Source of the DNA: Paraspadella gotoi
Taxonomy: Eukaryota > Animalia > Chaetognatha
Length of the DNA: 8,725 nt
Assembly: GCA_051294375.1 (NCBI GenBank)
Contig: JBJCIZ010000497.1
Span: forward strand, 1 to 8,725
Direction: 5' to 3'
In this document: positions 1 through 7,557 of the stretch, piece after piece
Layout of the letters: the number at the start of each line of letters is the position of its first letter
Position numbering within the stretch: the stretch's first letter is position 1
Translations under genes and position numbers: made by a program
The notes under the pieces: generated by a model
What the model was told of the DNA's origin: nothing
Databases searched by the model: none
Seen by the model: only the letters and a program-made list of their open reading frames with translations

Positions 1-10
1 CGGCGTCGTC

Positions 11-24
11 GTCGCCATGGTAAC
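11..24. promoter_or_regulatory. RFX X-box-like near-palindrome GTCGCCATGGTAAC
   Basis: Fits the X-box consensus GTNRCC-N0-3-RGYAAC. A second copy, GTCGCCATGGTTAC, is at 95-108. Function is not demonstrable from sequence. Confidence 0.3.
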
Positions 25-652
25 GAGTCGCGACTGGGCTGTCGCACATTGATTCTTCCGAACTGGGTCAGCTGATCGAACCGGGAGTAAAGACGTCGCC
101 ATGGTTACAGGTCCCTCCGCGTTTGCTGTAGTTTGAGTGGATCTCGCGCATCTTCTTGGCTCCGTTTCGTTCCTGACCAGAGAAACATTAAGTTCTAGAA
201 TCTCGACATTCTCTTCAAATTGATTTTCAATATCTATCCTTTCAATTTCCGCCTCCCGCTCTTATCTCTCCATTTCGTCACGTACTTCATTTAATTCGAT
301 CATTTTTCGGTTTTGTTCCGAATGAAAATCGTTCTCCATTCATTCAAGTTTCCGACGAAAACTACGTAATCGATCTTCGATCTTACCTTTCTGGACCAAC
401 TGATCTCTTTGTGCCCCCCGCGGCGATTTCGACGTCATTGAATTGGACAGAGTCGCTCCCGATCGACGATCCTCCTCAATTTGTGGATTTTCGAATGAAT
501 CTACGGACGGTGCTCTCCCGGGATTCGTAGTCGTCTCCTCGACCCATCTGGATACACGGGCGGGGGTGGGGAATGGGTTGGGTTTGGGACGATTGGAAGG
601 AGTGACAGGATTATTTTCATCAACACCCTCAATGTGTACGTGGACTGGAACA

Positions 653-803
653 GGATTAGTTACAGAATTCGAATCAATCACGGGTATCGGATTAGTTACG
701 GGAANNNNNNNNNNNNNNNNNNNNNNNNNCCGGATTAATTACAGACATTGAATTATTTACGGAAATTGGATTAGTCACGGGAACCGAATTAGTTACAGGA
801 TTA
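653..803. repeat. 18-bp coding minisatellite (at least 7 units, alternating GGATT/GAAT starts) spanning the assembly gap
   Basis: Units: 653 ggattagttacagaattc; 671 gaatcaatcacgggtatc; 689 ggattagttacgggaa[gap]cc; 732 ggattaattacagacatt; 750 gaattatttacggaaatt; 768 ggattagtcacgggaacc; 786 gaattagttacaggatta. On the minus strand they encode hexapeptides such as NPVTNS/VPVTNP/ISVNNS/MSVINP. Confidence 0.9.
705..729. other. Assembly gap (25 N)
   Basis: Run of 25 n characters inside the 18-bp tandem array. Confidence 0.99.
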
Positions 804-2081
804 GATAATTCACCCTGTTTATCATGAATGCTCGTTTCAATAGATTCGGGATCATTCATATTAGAAACCCGATAATTGGACAACGTAATAAAATACCCTC
901 GGCCTCAACACAAAAGACTCTCCGCGCGTCCCGTTTTTAGGTCTGGACGGTTTAGGAGCCGCCCGACAGATCCCGTACGAGATCAACGAGTTTTTCGCGC
1001 GTTTCTAGAGCTCGCGTAAGTTTGCCGAGGTTTGATCATTTAAATACAATTGATAATTCGAACTAAACTTATCTAAATTCTGTTTAAAATCGGTCAAAAA
1101 AATGTCTAAAATCCCTTTCGGAATATTTTCCTTATCCTCAGTAAAACTATCCATAGTTCTAACCTTTGAAAAATCCGTTGGAGATGGCGGGAAACGAAGA
1201 AAATTTCGACGAAACGAATTATTTTAAAATATCCCCGACTCCCGTATTTTTCACTGACCGTATAATCTGAGAAAGGGGGGATTCAGATCTTATTTCGGTC
1301 AGTTTCTTCCCTATCTACTTCGCCGCTGGGTCAAAGTCCCCAACTGACAAAGTTTGCCCACGACGGGTTATAATCCGCGCCGCGGTTCCTTTGTACTTCT
1401 CCCGATATTTTGTGGCAGAGCCACTATCGAGAAAAGTTTACCTTTTGTTAATTTTACATTATAAATTATAAAATCCTAAATTAAACCCTTAAATTAATTT
1501 TAACTAATTAACTAATATTTACGAAAAAATGTTTTGAATATAAAAATATAACTAGTCTAACTAATAATACCTAAATACAATTCACTTATGTAGAACTATC
1601 CAGTATATTTTAGCAGACGAGTTTATTTTCGTTGAATTCCAAAATACGAGAAGGAATGTTCAAAACCTAGAATGGAAGGAAGAATTAATTTATCAATTAA
1701 TTCTTAGTTATAATAATAATATAATATTAATTAAATATTTACATTTTTGTGAAATAGTAGAAAATTATTATTTTCGATGTTTACGATTCGGCCTTCCATC
1801 GGAGAATGAGCTGGAACCAAGAACGGTAGAGGGCGAAAGTAAGGCAAGATTAGGAAACAGGTGATCATCGGTTCCATCTCATTCACCGTTCGTACCACTA
1901 TGTTAGCGCCTATTGTTTACAGAGAGAGAGACGTGACACATTGTGTAATGGTAAAAAAACATAAGTCAGAAGCCAAGACACGTCCTGTTTGTCAGTTTTT
2001 ACTCTCGGCATATTGCCCGATCCTCATTACGCACAATTTGTAAACACTAGACGATGACGCTCCTTCCATAATTTTCGAAAA

Positions 2082-2085
<4 letters not shown>

Positions 2086-2130
<45 letters not shown>

Positions 2131-2139
2131 AAAGAGAGA
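2086..2139. repeat. (GA)n microsatellite
   Basis: Perfect GA alternation 2086-2120, then a degenerate purine tail to 2139. Confidence 0.97.
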
Positions 2140-2228
2140 TGGTGGGATGAGAATGCACAAGCATAACGGCATAAGAAGGGCAATTAGACGGATATCAGCC
2201 GAAATAGAAACGAGGGGGGGACCAATCC

Positions 2229-2230
<2 letters not shown>

Positions 2231-2259
<29 letters not shown>

Positions 2260-2331
2260 AACGAAGGACGAGAAGAAAGGACGACGGACTTCGACGAAGA
2301 CGACGATGAAAACGACGACGATTCGACGACG
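2231..2331. repeat. (GAC)9 microsatellite with degenerate GAC/GAA extension
   Basis: GAC x9 at 2231-2257, followed by gacga-rich degenerate sequence to about 2331. Confidence 0.93.
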
Positions 2332-2362
2332 CCCAATCATCATTGAACAATTTTTTTGTCAG

Positions 2363-2445
2363 AAGTTTACTGCGGAGGCTTTTGGTATTGGAGTGAGCAA
2401 GTGGATCGTTCGAAAGGACGGGGTGGTTGGTGGGAAAAGAAAAAA
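2363..2445 (+). CDS. Candidate internal exon (83 bp), unknown protein
   Basis: Acceptor tttttttgtcAG (2361-2362) and donor GTAAGT at 2446. One open frame reads VYCGGFWYWSEQVDRSKGRGGWWEKKK (phase 1 in, phase 0 out). Confidence 0.35.
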
Positions 2446-2916
2446 GTAAGTTAGTTTGGTATTTAAACTTAAAATCAGTCAGTTTAAGATTCGCGTCAAA
2501 CTGATATGTGCCGGAAAATGGAGTTAATGGGCCTACATTGCAATGGTTTTTTCTTTCCGCGTTGCGATAATGAGATCGGGACGATCTGTTTGCGCCTGAT
2601 GAGAAGACGGTGGTCGGCATAAATTGCAGCTTCTTTCGTATCGCCACTGACTCATCACTGAGAATTGATCCTTTGATTCTGTACAAGATTAATTTGTCCG
2701 ACTGCGCCCACAGGCCTGGCCGTACGTCTCCTTTTCTCTCTCCGCATGGAATCCGATAAGTTGCTATTTTGTCGAAACTTAGAAGCAAACAAATCTTTTT
2801 TGTTAACGTGAATACCAGCGCCCTCGCGGATGGCGATCTCTCGAAAGTAGCCCTACGGGCACACATGTCCGGACCTTGTCAACAAAAAAAAAAAACACGC
2901 CTCAACCCTCCACCAG

Positions 2917-3038
2917 TCTTTCCCCCCCCCCCCCGACCCCGAAACCGCCGCGGAGCAAGCATTCGCGAACGTCGTCGAAGCGCTAAGCAAGCAATATCGG
3001 CGGGAACAAACAAGAAAAAGTGCCGATGGCGAATCTCG
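2917..3038 (+). CDS. Candidate internal exon (122 bp), unknown protein
   Basis: ctcaac branch-like site then cctccaccAG (2915-2916); donor GTAAGA at 3039. Reads SFPPPPDPETAAEQAFANVVEALSKQYRREQTRKSADGES(R), which includes an amphipathic-helix-like stretch. The 13-C run makes the 5' boundary uncertain. Confidence 0.4.
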
Positions 3039-3078
3039 GTAAGAAAAAACTTTCGTTCTCTTGCACAAGGGTTTTTTT

Positions 3079-3157
3079 GGGAGGGGGGAAGGCTGGAGGA
3101 GGGAGGCTGGAAGGGGGAGGGCCCTGGAGGAGGAGGGCTGGAGGGAGGGGAGGTTGG
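3079..3157 (+). repeat. G-rich degenerate ggaggctgga-type repeat with G-quadruplex potential
   Basis: Several GGG or longer runs separated by short loops, with a recurring (g)gctggagg motif. Confidence 0.6.
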
Positions 3158-3398
3158 AGAAGATGTTTGCGGTAGCCTTCGTGTTTGAGTATTTATTTTT
3201 TATAAAATTGCCCCACGTACATAATGGGTGTATTGTGGATTTTTATAGATACTATTTTTATTACTGCCAACGTTTAAGATGATAAGGATTCTGGATTTAT
3301 AAGTTCGCAATCTTGAATCTGAACGTCGGAAAAAAATTTAATAACTTATATCGCAATTGAATATTCTCTCTTACCTGCGAGGATAACATCTTCGAGAG

Positions 3399-3414
3399 AC
3401 TCTCTGCTCTCTCT

Positions 3415-3474
<60 letters not shown>

Positions 3475-3483
3475 CGCTCTCTC
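3399..3483. repeat. (CT)n microsatellite
   Basis: Perfect CT run 3421-3472 with degenerate flanks, ending at ctcAG (3484-3485). Confidence 0.97.
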
Positions 3484-4086
3484 AGACATAAAACTCGCTT
3501 CGACCCATAACTGTTTTTCCCCTTTCCTGTTTACCGAAAATCCCAAGAGGTTTGCAAACTGCAGCAACAAAAAATTGGACAGGAAAAAAAAAAACCCGAG
3601 GAGTTGTCGCCCAAGCGAAGCCCATGGTTCAAAAGAGGAAGAAGGTTTTTTCGTTTCAAAAGGTGAAAATTCATTTGAAATCCGACGCCGTTGGAAGATG
3701 AGATCTTCTCCGTCGATCCAAGGAAAAGGAGAAGATTGAAAGATGATCTTCACTTCAGTACCTTCTTTCATTTCATTGCTTATTACGTTTAATTACATAT
3801 ATGTAAAAGCGAGATTTTAACTTATTGCAATGTTTGAATGTTCCTACTTACTTTTTATTATATCTTAATTCTGTGTTGAGACGTTATATAAACAGTTTTA
3901 AAAAATTTAAAAAAGGCGCTTTTTGTTGTTTGAATACGGTTATAAATTTCAGTTCTTTTTTCTTTTCTCCCTCCTAAGCCTTCCCTTCTCTTCTTTTTTT
4001 ATTATTATAATAACTTTTTATCACGCCATTAGAAAGACCTTGAATGACACCCTTTAATATCAACGTATGCTAAAAAAAACGAAAGT

Positions 4087-4092
4087 GTGAGG

Positions 4093-4131
<39 letters not shown>

Positions 4132-4161
4132 GAGAGAGAGAGAGGAGAGAGAGAGAGAGAG
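4087..4161. repeat. Interrupted (GA)n microsatellite
   Basis: Direct reading of the sequence. Confidence 0.96.
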
Positions 4162-4894
4162 CGTCATTTTTTTTTTCAAGGCAAAATTTTTCGAGATAAT
4201 TGGCACTTCGGTCGAGGTCTATGAAACTGCGTAGTAAAGAGACGTTTAAGATAGAATAACCGAGATAAAAAGCGAGGATTTCAAAATGGATAAAATTAGC
4301 ACTATTTTTGGTTTTTCTTTTTTCAACGTTGTCGGCGAACCGGAAAGGCACTTTTCAGTTGACCCTCTCTGCCTCTGGGACAGCGGCCACTCTTTTCTCG
4401 GAGCTTACTAACGTACTCTGGTTTCATAACCTTTTCCCATCAATTGAGCTGGTAAAAAACGGGTTTCAGATTCTTTGCGGCCTTTTCGCGGCTTTTTCTG
4501 CGGCTTTTCCCGTTTTTTTCCGCTTCTTCTTTGATCCTTTTCGCGTCTGCCTTATTTTTACTTTTCTCTCTTTGAAAAAAGTAAAAATGAATCTTTTTTT
4601 TTTTCGTTCTAAAACTTCTTTCGCCCGCGAGGCGTCTTACCTTTTCGGCTTTCCGGCTCGCAAATGCGAAAACGGTTTTTAAAAATGTGGAAATGTTGGC
4701 CCGAATCTCACTCAAAACTTAACACGAGTTTCCATTCAACTTCCACCGAACCCATCGCCCAGAATTCTAACCCAAAGTTACCAAAACTTTTTTACTAAAC
4801 CAAAATACTGTCCTTATCCAACCATAACTGACTACAGATCAGCATTGATACGCACGCATTAAAACTTACTCTTTTTTTAATTTCCATTCAGGAA

Positions 4895-4960
4895 AATCCA
4901 TTGGAATCTCGTTGGCTCCGCTTCTAGGACGGGAGCACTCAACACCGAGCCACTCGCGCC
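4895..4960 (-). mobile_element. Probable decayed tRNA-derived SINE head / tRNA pseudogene
   Basis: Minus strand reads GGCGCGAG-TGGCTCGGTGTT (A-box-like, 4952-4941)-GAGTGCTC-CCGT CCTAGAA GCGG (anticodon-arm-like 4-bp stem, 7-nt loop)-AGCCAACGA-GATTCCAATGG (7/11 match to B box GGTTCGAATCC). The spacing is tRNA-like, but there is no acceptor stem or T stem. Confidence 0.4.
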
Positions 4961-5021
4961 AACGCCATCTACGGACAGAGAATCACGCTTCTCGTTAACG
5001 AGTCTTTTTTTCTCTCGGCAG

Positions 5022-5069
5022 GTTAAGTTGAAAACCATGCGGGTCCTTGGAGTCCACAGTTATGTCATG
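5022..5069 (+). CDS. Candidate 48-bp micro-exon
   Basis: tcttttttttctctcggcAG-type pyrimidine-tract acceptor (AG 5020-5021) and donor GTATGT at 5070. Only phase 0 is open: VKLKTMRVLGVHSYVM. Confidence 0.3.
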
Positions 5070-5183
5070 GTATGTTCAAATCCAAATCACATACTTAACT
5101 GGCAAGACGACGTACTACAGACAATGTATACTATATAATTATAAACAAATAGCCTAAATTTTCTTGACACATTTTCAACGTCA

Positions 5184-5452
5184 CTTTTTCCCTTTTTTTC
5201 CCCCCTCTTTCCTCTTTCCTCTTTGTTCCTCTCATACACATTTTCAAGCTTTCTTTCCTTCTTTTATTCTTTTCTTTTTTTTCCTGTTTTTTCACTTTTC
5301 TCTCTTTTCTTTCCTTCCTTTTCTCTCATTCCTCCCTCTCTCTTCCTCTCTTCTTCTCTCTCCTCTTCTCGTCTCTTCTCTCTCTCTCTCTCTCTCTCTT
5401 CTCTCTTCTCTCTCTTCTCTCTTCTCTCTCTCTCTGCTCTTCTCTCTCTTCC
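5184..5452. repeat. Long polypyrimidine / degenerate (CT)n tract
   Basis: About 270 nt almost entirely C/T on the plus strand. It accounts for the four overlapping low-complexity ORFs here. Confidence 0.95.
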
Positions 5453-5463
5453 ATCGAACGCAG

Positions 5464-5564
5464 ACTGCATCTTTTTCACAAGTTTCGACTGCAAGATAAA
5501 TGGGGAAGTTTCGACTTTGAGAAATCCATCTACCTTCATCTTTACTACGGCCCCATACTTGCAG
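5464..5564 (+). CDS. Candidate internal exon (101 bp), unknown protein
   Basis: Long pyrimidine tract then acgcAG (5462-5463); strong donor CAG|GTGAGT at 5565. Two frames are open: LHLFHKFRLQDKWGSFDFEKSIYLHLYYGPILA or CIFFTSFDCKINGEVSTLRNPSTFIFTTAPYLQ. Confidence 0.5.
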
Positions 5565-6545
5565 GTGAGTGAGAAGACGAGAGACGCGGGAAAAGTGACG
5601 ATTTTCTTTTTGGTTTTTACCATAAGCCAAACTACTATATACAACCATGATTTAATTCAAAACTAAACAAAAAAATCGAATATCTGAAAACTGTAATCGG
5701 TATTTTTGTGAAAAAAAAATCCTACATGCACTTAAATTTAGGGGTAATATCGGTTTTTAAAAAAAATACTGAATACTTTTTTTACGAAATGAAAGCGTTT
5801 TTTTTGGTTTTTTTAAAATCAAGATTTAGGGATAAGCATAAGGCGGTTCTCGTCTTCGCTTATTATTTTTTTAAAAACCGTATCAGTCTGAGGCAGGAAG
5901 ATGAATAAGCGTTGGTAAAAACCGTTCCGTTCGGTTAATCTCGGAATGAATCTAATGGATAGAGGAGAGAGACGGAGAGACAGAGTCGGAGAGAGCTAAC
6001 AAAACAAGTTTGCTCTTCTCGTAAATTTCCAGTGTTCGCGTTTGATTGCTCTTTGTTTATGACAGTTAAATCACTTCGCTGTCATAACTCATGCTTCGAA
6101 ATCTCGCCCAAGTGAGGATCAAGCCATTTTTTCATTCGCGGCTACGAAATGAAAAAAAAAAAAATATTCGTAATTAATGATTAGAGTTTTTTTTGGTTTT
6201 TTTTTTTTTGTTAGAACGGCAAACGAAATACCAAAGTGGAAACTTAGAATTTGCGTCGTGTGGTCGTATTATTTTTGCGCCGTTGCGTGTTGTGAATTGT
6301 TTGCTAACTTAAAATTTTAATTATTAACCTCGTAGTGTCAATGAATAAACTTATGTATTTTCCCGCGATTAATCAGCCCATTTATAAATAATATTGATCG
6401 ATGATTTCTACATCCTGACCTCTTTCTTCTCACTAAAGCGTTCTTGGTTCTTGCATTGTACCACGCTCCTTACAGAATCCTTTACATAAAAAGACGGAAG
6501 TTTTCTCGCGGATAGGTTCTCTGCCATTCTCAAGATATGCACCGT

Positions 6546-6577
<32 letters not shown>
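6546..6577. repeat. (GTC)10 microsatellite
   Basis: GTC x10 at 6546-6575 plus gt. Confidence 0.96.
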
Positions 6578-6711
6578 AACGTCCTCCGCCTTCACCGGAC
6601 GCGGTCCTCGATCCTTCGCTTCGCGTTTTTCCCTCCTTTTCTCCGTTCTCGGCTCGAAGCATTGGCGTGCGCGGCTTCCCCTTCCAATCTCTCAATGTCA
6701 TAAAAAATATT

Positions 6712-6848
6712 ACCCTCCTCTCTCTCTCTCTCTCTTCTTCTTTCTTCTCTCTCTCTCTCTCATTCGTCTCTCTCTCTCTCTCTCTCTCTCTGCCTCTCTC
6801 CGTCTCTCTCGTTCTCTCTGCTCTCTCTCTCTGCTCCTCTCATCTCTT
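6712..6848. repeat. Interrupted (CT)n microsatellite; pyrimidine-rich sequence continues to about 7089
   Basis: Direct reading of the sequence. Confidence 0.94.
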
Positions 6849-7091
6849 CATCGACCTCCCTTCTTTCACAACCGTCGAACGCATGAGCTCACTAATCTTC
6901 TCTTTTCTTTCATTTGACTTTCGAGTGACGGTGATATATTTTCTTCTTTTTTCCCGGGCCCTTGAACTTCAAACCGCTCCTTTCCTTTTCCTTTCTTTCC
7001 TTTCCTTTGTTTTTTTTTACACTTTTACCTTTTTCGCTTTTCCTCTGGCGTCCGTTTTAAAGGGATCCCTTTCCTCCTTTTAACCTCCCAG

Positions 7092-7192
7092 ACTTCGCCA
7101 AAACATTTATTTTTGGCGGCGGCGTCACTTTCGGAATCCAAACCTACTTACAACATATCGTTTTTCCAGTGCTCTTTTTTGTTTATGGCTAA
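7092..7192 (+). CDS. Candidate (terminal?) exon with hydrophobic C-terminus
   Basis: ttttaacctcccAG acceptor (7090-7091) after a long pyrimidine tract. The phase-1 frame reads (D)FAKTFIFGGGVTFGIQTYLQHIVFPVLFFVYG* with TAA at 7190-7192. Confidence 0.3.
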
Positions 7193-7499
7193 AAAAAACG
7201 AATCAAACTTATCTTTCAATTATTCAAGAGAGTCTTTAAAACATTTCTTATTGTCATTTTTTCAAGATCCTACTCAGTTTCAAACTCAGCTGTGCTGTGT
7301 ACACCTAGGTTTTGCATTTCCAGCCCGAACATTACGCCAAGGCCTCACTTTTTTCCATCGCCGCAGTACGACATTTCGTTTTCACTCGACAGTTGGAGAA
7401 GAAATGAAATAGTTGAAACGAAAGTGTAAGAAATAGGGAGAAGGGATTTAATGAGAAAAGGTGAAAGAGTGAACAAAGGGAAGAGAGTGAAACAAAAAG

Positions 7500-7502
<3 letters not shown>

Positions 7503-7554
<52 letters not shown>
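7503..7554. repeat. (AG)26 microsatellite
   Basis: Perfect AG alternation. Confidence 0.97.

Positions 7555-7557
<3 letters not shown>

Larger units (their letters stand above)
1..859 (-). pseudogene. Disrupted intronless ORF, probably a retroelement gag/ORF1-like N-terminal region; 3' end runs out of the window
   Basis: ATG at 859-857 (MNDPESIETS...). ORFs 692..883 and 340..681 join in frame if the N gap is a multiple of 18 bp. The same frame continues past TGA (342-340) and TAA (264-262) to base 1: ...KIEDRLRSFRRKLE*MENDFHSEQNRKMIELNEVRDEMER*EREAEIERIDIENQFEENVEILELNVSLVRNETEPRRCARSTQTTANAEGPVTMATSLLPVRSADPVRKNQCATAQSRLVTMATTTP. A P/S/T/N-rich leader followed by an E/R/K-rich coiled coil resembles LTR-retrotransposon (e.g. 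Bel-Pao/Gypsy) gag N-termini. The family is inferred; no zinc knuckle or other diagnostic motif lies inside the window. Confidence 0.5.

Noticed and set aside
443-751. Plus-strand 102-aa ORF
   Set aside because: Antisense shadow of the longer minus-strand frame.
653-803. Regularly spaced repeats considered as a CRISPR array
   Set aside because: Contiguous degenerate 18-bp units without unique spacers, in eukaryotic coding context.
969-987. CTCGTACGGGAT on the minus strand resembling part of a tRNA-Pro primer binding site upstream of the gag-like ORF
   Set aside because: Lacks the TGG start and an adjacent LTR-terminal CA; no LTR pair is visible in the window.
1105-1141. Minus-strand CTGAGGA...GGAA-AATA-TTCC-GAAA hammerhead-like pattern
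   Set aside because: Three-base insertion before helix II, no credible helix III/NUH site and no helix I.
2047-2449. ORFs 2084..2449 (+) and 2047..2343 (-)
   Set aside because: Kept open by stop-free GA and GAC repeats (poly-RE, poly-D, poly-S, poly-LS); no independent coding evidence.
2520-2550. Plus-frame peptide GVNGPTLQWF resembling a LINE RT segment
   Set aside because: Not followed by PQG or YADD motifs in any nearby frame; stops occur immediately downstream.
2596-2640. CTGATGA hammerhead box on the plus strand
   Set aside because: No GAAA follows the possible GAAG/CTTC stem.
5164-5666. Four overlapping ORFs; likewise ORFs at 3346, 4070, 6537, 6667, 7345, 7448, 7451 and 8466
   Set aside because: Translations of CT/GA microsatellites; low-complexity artefacts.
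5735-5830. Isolated TTTAGGG telomere-like heptamers
   Set aside because: Not tandem; expected by chance.
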